Part shown: positions 28,181-38,012 of the stretch, piece after piece
How the letters are laid out: each line of letters begins with the position of its first letter
Numbering within the stretch: position 1 is the first letter of the stretch
NCBI GenBank assembly: GCA_013288235.1
Contig: JABDCF010000003.1
Coordinates: 13,133-77,132, forward strand
Length of the DNA stretch: 64,000 bases
From: Bacteroidota bacterium
Lineage (GTDB): Bacteria; Bacteroidota; Bacteroidia; Sphingobacteriales; Sphingobacteriaceae
Direction of reading: 5' to 3'
Translations under genes and position numbers: made by a program
Notes under the pieces: model-generated
What the model was told of the DNA's origin: nothing
The model's input: the letters and a program-made list of their open reading frames with translations, nothing else
Databases searched by the model: none

Positions 28181-29593
28181 GTGTCCGACAATATCCAAAA
28201 AGCATTTCCGCACGAAGCCACGCCACAGCAACTGGAGCTGTTCGGCAAGCTGCATAGCTTTTTAGTGAGCGATAATGGCGATGAATGTTTTATATTAAAA
28301 GGCTATGCAGGTACAGGGAAGACAACTGTTTTAGGAGCATTGGTAAAAGCGTTACGCAGCTACAATTTTAAATCGGTGTTATTGGCCCCAACCGGGCGGG
28401 CGGCAAAAGTAATCACAGCTTATTCGGGCCGTAAAGCGTTCACCATCCACAAAAAAATATATCGCAAAAAAACGGCCTTTAATGTTGATGAAGGCTTTTT
28501 ATTGGGCGACAACATTAATGAAAATACCCTGTTTATAGTGGATGAAGCCTCCATGATATCGGATGAGATCGGTATAAATCACCGGGCTTCTTTGTTATAC
28601 GACCTGATAAATTACGTATATAACACCAAAAATTGCAAGCTGATGCTGGTAGGCGATACCGCACAGTTGCCGCCGGTTGGGTCGGATGATAGCCCGGCGC
28701 TGGATGCAGTTTTGATGAAAAAAAAATTCGGGCTTGATGTTTTTACCTATGAGCTAACGGATGTATTACGCCAGCAAAAGGATTCGGGTATTTTGTTTAA
28801 TGTGACCAAAGTGCGCGACATTATCCGCAAGGGAAAACAAAATATGCCGCAGATAGTCACCAAAGGCTATAAAGATATATACCGCATGGGCGGCGATATG
28901 CTGGAAGAAGGTTTGAACTACGCCTACGGTAAATACGGCAATGATAATACGCTGATTATTTGCAGGTCGAACAAAAATGCCAACGCTTATAACATGCAGA
29001 TACGCGGGCGGATATTATATCGTGAAGAAGAACTTACCGGCGGCGACCAGGTAATGGTGGTGAAAAACAATTATTTCTGGTTACAGGAACAGGAGGAGGG
29101 AAGCACCGGTTTTATAGCCAACGGCGATATTGCGCGTATAAAAAAGGTGCGGCGCATTGAAGATATGTATGGCTTCCGCTTCGCCGATGTGCAGCTGGAA
29201 TTTATTGATTATGCCGAAGACCCTGTACTGGATTGTAAAGTTTTGCTGGATACACTTTACACAGAAGCGCCGGCCTTGCCAGCGGATGACCAAAAAAGGT
29301 TTTACCAGGAAGCAATGAAGGACTATGATCACATCCCAAACAAACGCGCTAAATGGAATGAGTTGAAGCTAAACCCATATTATAATGCGCTTCAAATAAA
29401 ATTTGCCTACGCCATTACCTGTCACAAAGCCCAGGGCGGCCAATGGGACGCCGTTTTTGTTGACCAGGGCTACCTGACCGAAGAAATGGTGAACACTGAT
29501 TTTTTACGCTGGTTTTATACGGCTTGTACCCGGGCAAAAAGCGAATTGTACCTGGTGAATTTTAACCAAAAGTTTTTTGTGGGAGGGGAGTAG
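28181..29593 (+). CDS. RecD-like SF1B DNA helicase / exonuclease V alpha-like
   Basis: GYAGTGKT, APTGRAA, VDEASM, GDTAQLPPV, YAITCHKAQG, YTACTRA. Confidence 0.9.
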   Translation: MSDNIQKAFPHEATPQQLELFGKLHSFLVSDNGDECFILKGYAGTGKTTVLGALVKALRSYNFKSVLLAPTGRAAKVITAYSGRKAFTIHKKIYRKKTAFNVDEGFLLGDNINENTLFIVDEASMISDEIGINHRASLLYDLINYVYNTKNCKLMLVGDTAQLPPVGSDDSPALDAVLMKKKFGLDVFTYELTDVLRQQKDSGILFNVTKVRDIIRKGKQNMPQIVTKGYKDIYRMGGDMLEEGLNYAYGKYGNDNTLIICRSNKNANAYNMQIRGRILYREEELTGGDQVMVVKNNYFWLQEQEEGSTGFIANGDIARIKKVRRIEDMYGFRFADVQLEFIDYAEDPVLDCKVLLDTLYTEAPALPADDQKRFYQEAMKDYDHIPNKRAKWNELKLNPYYNALQIKFAYAITCHKAQGGQWDAVFVDQGYLTEEMVNTDFLRWFYTACTRAKSELYLVNFNQKFFVGGE

Positions 29594-29670
29594 CCTTCGT
29601 ATTTATTAAAGAAATACTTAAAAAAAGCATTTTTTACAAAACTATGAATAATAGTAATCAATTAACTCTG

Positions 29671-29710
29671 TACATTTGCTTAACGGTGTTAAATTATTTA
29701 ATATCGTAAT
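29671..29710 (+). promoter_or_regulatory. tetR promoter (-7 TACATTTG) followed by operator TTAAC-GGT-GTTAA
   Basis: TACATTTG at 29671-29678, palindrome at 29680-29692 and a degenerate copy 18 bp downstream. Confidence 0.7.
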
Positions 29711-29714
29711 TGAA

Positions 29715-30320
29715 ATGGCAAGCAAAGACAGGATATTACGTTTGAAAGAAGAAACAAGGATAAACATCCTGAATGCTTCACTTCAAATAGTTAAGGAAGA
29801 GGGGTGGCAGGCTTTAAGCATGCGTAAGATTGCCGACGTGATTGAGTACACTGCGCCTATCATCTATGAATATTTTTCGAACAAGGACGCTATTATACTG
29901 GAGCTAACCCGCAAAGGGTACCTGATATTGGCAAGGGATCTACAAGATGCAAAAGGCAAACATCGTTTACCTGCCAAACAATTGGAAGCAATGTGGTTAG
30001 CTTACTGGAACTTTGCTTTTGCCAATAAGGAGCTGTACCAGGTAATGTTTGGCGTAACTACAAGTTGCAGCAGCTGCGAAATGGTAAATACCTTGCCCGA
30101 AGCCGAAAAACCCTGGGATTTGTTTAGTGCAGTTATAGGTGACCTGATGGGTATTGATGATATGGAATCTGATGTGATCTGCACAAAGTATTATACCTTT
30201 TGGTCAATAGTGCACGGCTTAATATCTATCAATATATTAAGCCGGGGAAACTCGGACGAGATTAACCGGCAGGTTTTGAAGGACGCTATAGGCGGGTTAA
30301 TAAGGTCGATAACCGGCTAA
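29715..30320 (+). CDS. TetR/AcrR family regulator
   Basis: HTH LSMRKIAD.IEYTAPIIYEYF.NK and WHG-like FWSIVHG. Confidence 0.92.
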   Translation: MASKDRILRLKEETRINILNASLQIVKEEGWQALSMRKIADVIEYTAPIIYEYFSNKDAIILELTRKGYLILARDLQDAKGKHRLPAKQLEAMWLAYWNFAFANKELYQVMFGVTTSCSSCEMVNTLPEAEKPWDLFSAVIGDLMGIDDMESDVICTKYYTFWSIVHGLISINILSRGNSDEINRQVLKDAIGGLIRSITG

Positions 30321-30352
30321 TTTTTTTAATGCAAATTAAATAATGTTAAATA

Positions 30353-30369
30353 ATTTAACACTGTTAAAT
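30353..30369. promoter_or_regulatory. Putative TetR operator ATTTAAC-ACT-GTTAAAT
   Basis: Perfect 7-bp arms with a 3-nt spacer; same motif as 29680 and 30571. Confidence 0.7.
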
Positions 30370-30520
30370 AAAGTCAAAGTTTGTAACTACAAACTAACAG
30401 CCCGGCACACCGGGCCAGGGAAATAGCAAGAAGCGGGTTGTTATGCCAGCTCCTGCGGGCGAGTTTTGTCCCAATGTTTCCCACCGTAAAACTTATACAT
30501 TAATTCAAATAAATAAAACA

Positions 30521-30571
30521 ATGAAAAAGATCAAGCAAACTTATACTATAATTCATACAATCGTTAGATAA
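30521..30571 (+). other. 16-codon uORF MKKIKQTYTIIHTIVR in efflux operon leader
   Basis: ATG preceded by A-rich TAAATAAAACA; the stop codon abuts the operator. Confidence 0.35.
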
Positions 30572-30587
30572 TTTAACGGTGTTAAAT
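30571..30587. promoter_or_regulatory. Putative TetR operator ATTTAAC-GGT-GTTAAAT
   Basis: Perfect 7-bp arms, upstream of the RND adaptor gene. Confidence 0.7.
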
Positions 30588-30755
30588 AAAATGTAAAATA
30601 GCTGAGACGTCCGCGGAGATTGTCGTGATTTCCCATTAAAATTGGCGTAATTACACCCTTTGGTGCTTATTTAAGACATACATATTTGTAATATATTAAT
30701 ATACCTATTAAACAAACAATCAATAATTCAATAATTCATCAAATCAATAATTACT

Positions 30756-31883
30756 ATGAAAACTATCTATCTGGCGCTTGTCGCCCTCGCACTATACGGT
30801 TGTTCGCCAAAACCGCAGGCAACTGTAGCCCCGCCGCCGCCATCATTGCCGGTAGCCACTATTATATCAGGTACCGATACCACTTACCAGGAATATCCAG
30901 CCTCAATAGAAGGCACAGTTAACGTTGAAGTACGTCCGCAGGTAAGCGGGTCGCTTGATAAAGTATTTGTTGACGAGGGCGCTTTTGTAAGCGCCGGTCA
31001 GCCAATATTTAAAATAAACGATCAGCCTTATCGCGCACAGCTAAACAATGCTTTAGCAAGCCAGCATGCTGCCGAGGGCGCTTTGGCCAATGCACAACTG
31101 GAAATTGATAAGTTAACCCCGCTTGTTGAAAATAAGGTGGTATCTGACTACCAGTTAAAAACTGCAAAGGCTGCCTATGCCATAGCGAAAGCAAATATCG
31201 AACAGGCAAAGGCAAATGTATCTACCGCGCAAATAAACGTTGGCTATACTTTAATAAAAGCGCCCGTGAGCGGTTATATAGGCCGCCTGCTTAAAAAACA
31301 AGGCAGCCTGGTTGCGCCAACCGATGCAGATGCACTTACCCTGTTGTCAGATGTACATAATGTGCATGTTTATTTCTCCTTAGGCGAACAGGATTTCGTA
31401 AGCTTTAAAGAGCAATATCCCGGCGAGACCCTAAAGGATAAATTGAAACAATTGCCTTCGGTTGATCTGCTTTTGGCTGATAACAGCGAATACACCCAAC
31501 GCGGAAAGATCGACATGATAGACGGCCAGTTTGATAAAAACACCGGCGCCATTACCCTTCGCGCGAGCTTTCCGAATGCGCAGGGATTATTAAGATCAGG
31601 CAACACCGGAAAAATACGCCTAAGCCTGCAGCATAAGGATGCATTAATAGTGCCGCAATCGGCAACGGTTGAAATGCAGGATAAAGTATTTGTATTTGCA
31701 GTGGCCGATAGCAATAAAGTTAAAAAGCAAGCCATTACCATTGTCGGTAAAATAGGTTCAAATTACCTCGTAAAAGATGGCGTTAAAGCCGGCGACGAAA
31801 TAGTATTAAGCGGCTTTGACCACTTACAGGAAGGCACCGTGATACAGCCGAAGAAGGCAAGTGATAATCTTGCTAAAAATTAA
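30756..31883 (+). CDS. RND efflux periplasmic adaptor (MFP) lipoprotein
   Basis: Lipobox LYGC, EVRPQVSG, IKAPVSG.IG and TGAITLRASFPN. Confidence 0.95.
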   Translation: MKTIYLALVALALYGCSPKPQATVAPPPPSLPVATIISGTDTTYQEYPASIEGTVNVEVRPQVSGSLDKVFVDEGAFVSAGQPIFKINDQPYRAQLNNALASQHAAEGALANAQLEIDKLTPLVENKVVSDYQLKTAKAAYAIAKANIEQAKANVSTAQINVGYTLIKAPVSGYIGRLLKKQGSLVAPTDADALTLLSDVHNVHVYFSLGEQDFVSFKEQYPGETLKDKLKQLPSVDLLLADNSEYTQRGKIDMIDGQFDKNTGAITLRASFPNAQGLLRSGNTGKIRLSLQHKDALIVPQSATVEMQDKVFVFAVADSNKVKKQAITIVGKIGSNYLVKDGVKAGDEIVLSGFDHLQEGTVIQPKKASDNLAKN

Positions 31884-31928
31884 GCGATAATATTTTGAGC
31901 CATACAAGCTCAGTGTACTTTGTGTTCT

Positions 31929-31978
31929 CTCCTTTGTGCACTCCGTGTTAAAATTTAACCACTGAGTACGCAAAGGAG
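31929..31978. repeat. Intergenic long hairpin (REP-like)
   Basis: CTCCTTTGTGCACTCCGTG pairs with CACTGAGTACGCAAAGGAG at 16 of 19 positions. Confidence 0.7.
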
Positions 31979-32076
31979 GCATAAAGATCGCGAAGATCAT
32001 ATCATTTTGTTGGGGAGTTTATCTTATTAAATAACCTGAGACAGGTGATTTAGAATTCACACTAAAAACTAAAACC

Positions 32077-35000
32077 ATGTTTAAAAAATTTATAGAAAGG
32101 CCGGTACTTGCAACCGTTATCTCCATACTGCTGGTGATATTGGGGATACTTAGCCTTATCAAATTACCTTTACAACAGTTTCCGGATATAGCCCCGCCGG
32201 CTGTATTGGTAACAGCAGTTTACCCCGGCGCCAATGCCGAAACGGTATTGCGTTCTGTAGCGCCTTCATTAGAGGAATCTATCAATGGCGTGGAAAACAT
32301 GAGCTATATGAGCTCAACCGCCAGCAACGATGGCACGTTGGCCATTACCGTTTACTTTAAGCAGGGCACCAACCCCGACCAGGCCGCAGTTAACGTACAA
32401 AACCGTGTAGCACAGGCCACCAGTCAGTTACCTGCCGAAGTGGTTCAGCAGGGTATCACCACAACCAAGCAGCAAAACAGTTTGATTGGTGCGGTTGGTA
32501 TGTACACCGAAGATCCTAAAAAATACGATCAGACATTTGTTGCTAACTATGCGCAGATCAATATCATTCCCGAATTGAAACGTATTCCCGGGGTAGGGTC
32601 GGCCAGCATATTTGGCGGTGTTAAGGATTACTCCATGCGTGTTTGGCTCAATCCAAATCAAATGGCGGCTTATAAAATAACCCCTGCCGAAGTTATGGCG
32701 GCCATACAGGATAAAAGCCTGGAAGCTGCGCCTGGAAAATTAGGCGAAAGAAGCGACGAAGTATTTGAATACGTTATTAAATACAAAGGAAAACTTACCA
32801 AACCGGAAGAATATGAAAATATCGCTATCCGCGCCAATGCTGATGGTTCTGTTTTACACCTGAAAGATGTAGCACGTGTGGAATTGGGCGCTTATTCGTA
32901 CACAAGTTTAACGCGGTTGAACGGTCATAATGGCATAGCTATAGGTATTATTCAATTAGCCGGTTCAAATGCCAATGAGATACAAATAGCTGTGGATAAG
33001 CTGATGGAAAAAGCATCAAAAGATTTCCCGGTTGGTATTAAATTCAATAACTTTTATCGAACCAAAACCGCGCTTGATGAATCAATCAACCAGGTGGAGC
33101 ATACACTTCTCGAGGCCTTTATATTGGTATTTATCGTGGTATTTGTTTTCTTGCAGGATTTCAGATCTACACTGATCCCCGCTATTGCCGTTCCGGTGGC
33201 TATTATAGGCACCTTCTTTTTCATGAACCTGTTTGGCTTTACCATCAACCTGCTTACGCTGTTTGCTTTGGTGTTGGCTATAGGTATTGTGGTGGATGAC
33301 GCCATTGTGGTGGTCGAAGCGGTGCATGCTAAAATGGAGCACAAACATCTTGCGCCAAAAGCTGCAACTACCGAGGCCATGCATGAGATCACCGGCGCTA
33401 TTATATCCATCACCCTGGTTATGGCAGCCGTGTTTTTACCGGTTGGGTTTATGACCGGGTCGACAGGTATATTTTACCGGCAGTTTGCGTTTACCATGGC
33501 TATTGCTATTATGATATCGGCTGTTAATGCATTAACGCTTAGCCCCGCTTTAGCTGCCCTATTTTTAAAGGACAAACATGCAGATAAGGAAGGAGTTACT
33601 GTAAAAAGAGGATTTAAGGAAAAGTTTTTCGCTGGCTTCAATACCAGTTTTAATACTATTACCAACAGGTACACCGGTGGTATAAAATTCCTGATCAACC
33701 ACAAATGGATCAGCATGGCCGGGCTTGCTTTAGTAACACTGGCAACCGTTTGGCTGGTGCGGACAACCCCTACTGGGTTTATTCCAACTGAAGACCAGGG
33801 GTTTATCGCCATATCGGTATCTACACCATCGGGTACTTCGCTTAATGGGACATCCAAAGTAATGGCCGAGGCCGAAAATACTGTTGGTAAACTGGCAGCG
33901 GCAAGATTTGTAACCTCCCTGCCCGGGTTTAATTTGCTTACCAATTCCACAAGCCCTTCGTCAGCGGTGTTCTTCGTGTTATTGAAAAAACCGGAGGACA
34001 GGGGCAAGGTTAAAGACATTAACGCCATAATGGATCAGATACGCGGACAATTAGGCCAGATCACCGGTGGTAGTTTCTTCGTGTTCAGCTTCCCAACCGT
34101 TCCGGGCTTTAGTAATGTGGAGGCGCTTGACATGGTATTGCAGGATAAAACCGGCGGTACATTGGATAAATTCAGCGGGGTGGCCAACAATTTTATAGGG
34201 CAGCTGATGCAGAAAAAGGAAATTGCTTATGCATTTACATCCTTTAAAGCTGACTACCCGCAATTGCAATTGGAAGTTGATGATGACAAAGCCAATCAGT
34301 TGGGTGTAAACGTAAAGGATATACTGGCAACTATGCAGGCCTATTTCGGTAGTGCACAGGCATCTGATTTTAATCGTTTTGGCAAATATTACAGGGTTAT
34401 CGTACAGGCTGATATTGCCGACAGGGCAGATCCATCAGCAATTGACCGGGTATTTGTAAAAAACAAAGCAGGGGAGATGGTGCCTATCAATACATTGGTA
34501 AAACTAACCCGTGTTTATGGCTCCGAAACGGCATCAAGGTATAACCTGTTCAATTCTATCGAAATAAATGCCATACCAAAACCGGGCTACAGTTCGGGGG
34601 ATGCCATTAAGGCGATACAGGATGTGGCTAAAGACAACCTGCCATCCGGGTTCGCCTACGAATTTACCGGGCAAACCCGGGAAGAAATATCATCGGGCGG
34701 GCAATCAGCCATTGTGTTTATGCTGTGTTTGATATTTGTTTATTTCCTGTTATCGGCACAATATGAAAGCTATATCCTGCCATTGGCGGTTATCTTATCT
34801 ATTCCTACCGGGATATTCGGGGTATTTGTTGTATTAGGATTAACAGGCATCGAAAACAATATCTACGTACAGGTAGCGCTCATCATGCTGATAGGCCTTT
34901 TGGCTAAAAATGCCATCCTTATCGTAGAGTTTGCCGTTCAGCGCCGCAGGGCAGGGCAGCCGTTGATAGCCGCTGCTATTGAAGCAGCAAGGTTAAGGCT

Positions 35001-35289
35001 GCGCCCCATCCTGATGACTTCGCTGGCGTTTGTGTTCGGGCTGTTCCCGATGAGCATTGCCACCGGGCCATCGGCACAGGGTAACCACTCTATTAGTATC
35101 GGCGCAGCCGGGGGGATGGTTTCGGGGGTTATCCTCGGCTTGTTTATAATCCCTGTGCTATTTGTAATATTCCAGCATTTGCAGGAGCGGGTAACCGGTG
35201 TGCCGGTAGCTGTTTTGCTTGATGAACAAGGTGATGGAAAGGCAAATGAAGTGGATGTTTTGGAGTTGCAGGGGGAATATTCAGAATAA
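32077..35289 (+). CDS. RND efflux permease (HAE1, AcrB-like)
   Basis: FIERPVLA, GIVVDDAIVVVE, GLLAKNAILIVEFA, RLRPILMTS. Confidence 0.97.
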   Translation: MFKKFIERPVLATVISILLVILGILSLIKLPLQQFPDIAPPAVLVTAVYPGANAETVLRSVAPSLEESINGVENMSYMSSTASNDGTLAITVYFKQGTNPDQAAVNVQNRVAQATSQLPAEVVQQGITTTKQQNSLIGAVGMYTEDPKKYDQTFVANYAQINIIPELKRIPGVGSASIFGGVKDYSMRVWLNPNQMAAYKITPAEVMAAIQDKSLEAAPGKLGERSDEVFEYVIKYKGKLTKPEEYENIAIRANADGSVLHLKDVARVELGAYSYTSLTRLNGHNGIAIGIIQLAGSNANEIQIAVDKLMEKASKDFPVGIKFNNFYRTKTALDESINQVEHTLLEAFILVFIVVFVFLQDFRSTLIPAIAVPVAIIGTFFFMNLFGFTINLLTLFALVLAIGIVVDDAIVVVEAVHAKMEHKHLAPKAATTEAMHEITGAIISITLVMAAVFLPVGFMTGSTGIFYRQFAFTMAIAIMISAVNALTLSPALAALFLKDKHADKEGVTVKRGFKEKFFAGFNTSFNTITNRYTGGIKFLINHKWISMAGLALVTLATVWLVRTTPTGFIPTEDQGFIAISVSTPSGTSLNGTSKVMAEAENTVGKLAAARFVTSLPGFNLLTNSTSPSSAVFFVLLKKPEDRGKVKDINAIMDQIRGQLGQITGGSFFVFSFPTVPGFSNVEALDMVLQDKTGGTLDKFSGVANNFIGQLMQKKEIAYAFTSFKADYPQLQLEVDDDKANQLGVNVKDILATMQAYFGSAQASDFNRFGKYYRVIVQADIADRADPSAIDRVFVKNKAGEMVPINTLVKLTRVYGSETASRYNLFNSIEINAIPKPGYSSGDAIKAIQDVAKDNLPSGFAYEFTGQTREEISSGGQSAIVFMLCLIFVYFLLSAQYESYILPLAVILSIPTGIFGVFVVLGLTGIENNIYVQVALIMLIGLLAKNAILIVEFAVQRRRAGQPLIAAAIEAARLRLRPILMTSLAFVFGLFPMSIATGPSAQGNHSISIGAAGGMVSGVILGLFIIPVLFVIFQHLQERVTGVPVAVLLDEQGDGKANEVDVLELQGEYSE

Positions 35290-35303
35290 TAGAAAGCTTC
35301 CAA

Positions 35304-35461
35304 CCCTCTTTATGGCCTGCCATAGAGAGGGTGATCCAGCGTAGCGCAGATCGGGTGAGTCAACTATGCGAGCGACATTAGCGTTGATGCATAGCGGAGA
35401 GTTTACTCACCCGGCCATCGCTTCGCTCGTCCACCCTCTCTTCCGCAAGCGGTAAAGAGGG
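35304..35461. repeat. ~160-bp palindromic MITE/REP-like element
   Basis: Termini CCCTCTTTA/TAAAGAGGG; nested GAGAGGGT/ACCCTCTC, CGGGTGAGT/ACTCACCCG and CTATGC/GCATAG. Confidence 0.8.
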
Positions 35462-35492
35462 GTAGCATAAATTCAATTTAAAAATTAAAAAA

Positions 35493-36908
35493 ATGAAAAA
35501 GTATATAAACAGTCTCGCTTTTGTTCTCCTGATATTAAGCGCATGTACTGTATCAAAAGATATTGAAACACCAAAGCCTGCCTTGCCTGGCAATTTCAGG
35601 AACGCGGCAACGGTTAGTGATACAACCAGCATAGCCGATATCGGATGGAAGAGTTTCTTCACCGATCCCGTGCTGCAAAAATTAATCGACAGCGCCATCA
35701 TAAAAAACTATGATATGCAGATAGCCCTTAAAAATATAGAGGCATCGCAATTGTTATTCAAACAGGTAAAGTGGAACAATATACCACAGGTCGATTTTAA
35801 TTTAACAGCCAGTACCGACCGCCCTTCGAATAATAGTTTGGATGGCTTGAGTTTGAAGGCGTATAATATCGGCACAAATCATATCGAGGATTATTCGGCT
35901 AATATTGCAATTTCTTGGGAGGCCGACATCTGGGGCAAAATACGCAACCAAAGTAAAGGTGCGCTTGCCGCTTACCTGCAAACTGTGGAAGCTAAAAAGG
36001 CTATACAAACCAATATCGTGGCCAGTGTTTCGCAGGGCTACTATAACCTGCTGATGCTGGATGCACAATTAGATATAGCCAAAAAGAATGTAAAGCTGAA
36101 TGACAGCACATTACGTATTATCCATCTGCAATACGATGCCGGGCAGGTAACTTTACTGGCTATACAGCAAGCCGATGCACAGGAACAGGCTGCGGCGCAA
36201 TTAGTACCGCAGTTTGAGCAAAATATAGCCATACAGGAAAACGCGTTACGCGTCCTCGCCGGTGAATTACCAGGCGGCATAGAAAGAAAAACGACGCTCG
36301 ACCAGATGCCAATACCAACAAACCTTTCTGCCGGAGTGCCCGCCAACATGGTGAGCCGCAGGCCGGACGTCAGGAGTTCGGAACTTGCTTTAGTTACTGC
36401 CAATGCTAACGTAGGCATCGGCAAAGCCGATATGTACCCTGCTTTAAGGATCACCGCGAGCGGTGGCCTCAATTCATTCGAAGCCAGCAATTGGTTTAAT
36501 ATCCCTGCGTCGTTATTTGGCATTGTTGGCGGCAGCGTAGTACAACCACTGCTCGACCACAAGGAGCTTAAAACCAAGTACGAAGTTGCAAAGGTTGAAA
36601 GGGAGAAAACTGTAATACAGTTCAGGCAATCGGTTTTAAATGCCGTTGGCGAAGTATCAGATGCTTTGGTGAAAATTGAAAAGCTAAAGTCGGAGCAAGC
36701 CATAGCCGCCAATAGGGTAAATACTTTGCAGCATGCAACAGCCAATGCCAATATGCTGTTTAAAAACGGCCTGGCCAACTACTTAGAAGTAATTACCGCC
36801 CAGGGCAATGTATTGCAGGGCGAATTGGAACTTGCATCCATAAAAAATGAACAATTGAGCGCCGTTGCCGAGCTTTACCGTTCATTAGGCGGTGGTTGGA
36901 AACAATAA
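35493..36908 (+). CDS. RND outer-membrane efflux lipoprotein (NodT/OprM-like)
   Basis: Lipobox LSAC, SWEADIWGK, RRPDV, YLEVITAQ, LYRSLGGGW. Confidence 0.95.
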   Translation: MKKYINSLAFVLLILSACTVSKDIETPKPALPGNFRNAATVSDTTSIADIGWKSFFTDPVLQKLIDSAIIKNYDMQIALKNIEASQLLFKQVKWNNIPQVDFNLTASTDRPSNNSLDGLSLKAYNIGTNHIEDYSANIAISWEADIWGKIRNQSKGALAAYLQTVEAKKAIQTNIVASVSQGYYNLLMLDAQLDIAKKNVKLNDSTLRIIHLQYDAGQVTLLAIQQADAQEQAAAQLVPQFEQNIAIQENALRVLAGELPGGIERKTTLDQMPIPTNLSAGVPANMVSRRPDVRSSELALVTANANVGIGKADMYPALRITASGGLNSFEASNWFNIPASLFGIVGGSVVQPLLDHKELKTKYEVAKVEREKTVIQFRQSVLNAVGEVSDALVKIEKLKSEQAIAANRVNTLQHATANANMLFKNGLANYLEVITAQGNVLQGELELASIKNEQLSAVAELYRSLGGGWKQ

Positions 36909-36945
36909 ATTATCCGGCAATTTTTTTTAAAAAACTAAGGCACCA

Positions 36946-36990
36946 AAAGCATTAGCGTACCAAATATGTATGCTAATGCTTTGTTGTTTT
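36946..36990 (+). terminator. Intrinsic terminator after efflux operon
   Basis: AAAGCATTAGCGTAC / GTATGCTAATGCTTT stem followed by a T-rich tract. Confidence 0.7.
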
Positions 36991-37078
36991 AACCGGATGC
37001 CTGTTTCGTCAACTATTATTTATAAATCCCCAACCTATCGCCTTTATTCTTGTTACTACCACAATAAACATTAGGCAA

Positions 37079-37972
37079 TTGAAATCAAAATCATTCATTT
37101 ATATTTCTTTAGCGGTTGATATATCTATTGCCATTTCAAAATTTGTGGCAGCAGCGGTTACCGGTAGTTCTTCTATGATCTCGGAAGGAATACATTCTTT
37201 AATTGATGCTACCAGCCAGTTGCTATTGATATGGGGCATAAAAACAAGCAAAAGAGTGGCTGATTCCGAACGTCCGTTCGGTTATGGCAGGGAGTTATAT
37301 TTCTGGTCGTTTATTGTATCACTGGTTATTTTCATTATAGGTGGCTGTATCTCGTTTTACGAAGGCCTCACACGGCTTAACCGGCCTGCTTTTGAGGGCA
37401 GCGCCGTTTGGAACTACGGTGTATTATTGGTGGCCTTCCTTTTTACAATAGTCTCGCTGGTAAGCGCCTTAAAAGCTTTCAATAAACAACGCGGCGACAA
37501 AACATTCTGGAAAGCAATAACCCAAAGTAAGGACCCATCCACTTTTATTGTGTTGTTGGGTGACGTGGGTGATATAGCGGGCTTAATAGTGGCGTTTTTT
37601 GGCGTTTTTTTAGGACGGTTTTTTAATAATCCGTTCTACGACGGAATTGCTTCGATGATTATTGGGTTGATGATGATCGCCATATCAGCATTACTTATCC
37701 GTGAAAGCAAAAGCCTGCTGATGGGCGAAACGACAAGCAGGAGGACGATCCGCAGGATCGTAGCCCTCGCTGAAGCCGATGAAGCGATAATAAAAGTAAA
37801 AAAGCATTTTAGTATGTACCTGGCGCCCGAGGAGATAATATTACAGCTAAATACTGTTTTTAAAGCGGATCTTACTACAAAAGACATTACCGACGCTATT
37901 GAAAGGATAACCAAGACCATCCAGCATGAATTCCCGCTAATTAAACAGATATTCGTCGAACCGGTGGCCTGA
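37079..37972 (+). CDS. Cation diffusion facilitator family transporter
   Basis: TGSSSMISEGIHS.ID, PFGYGRELYFWS and C-terminal IFVEP; TTG start. Confidence 0.9.
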   Translation: MKSKSFIYISLAVDISIAISKFVAAAVTGSSSMISEGIHSLIDATSQLLLIWGIKTSKRVADSERPFGYGRELYFWSFIVSLVIFIIGGCISFYEGLTRLNRPAFEGSAVWNYGVLLVAFLFTIVSLVSALKAFNKQRGDKTFWKAITQSKDPSTFIVLLGDVGDIAGLIVAFFGVFLGRFFNNPFYDGIASMIIGLMMIAISALLIRESKSLLMGETTSRRTIRRIVALAEADEAIIKVKKHFSMYLAPEEIILQLNTVFKADLTTKDITDAIERITKTIQHEFPLIKQIFVEPVA

Positions 37973-38012
37973 TAACCAATGCGCCCGGGCTGCCTGTTTC
38001 TGTTTAAACCAC

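Noticed and set aside
28181-29593. Helicase as part of a defence system
   Set aside because: It looks like the common Bacteroidota RecD-like gene near DUF3822/rsmD, has no nuclease partner and lies far from the sirtuin.
35378-35701. 107-aa minus-strand ORF
   Set aside because: It is antisense to the outer-membrane factor gene plus the 160-bp repeat, with no protein motif.
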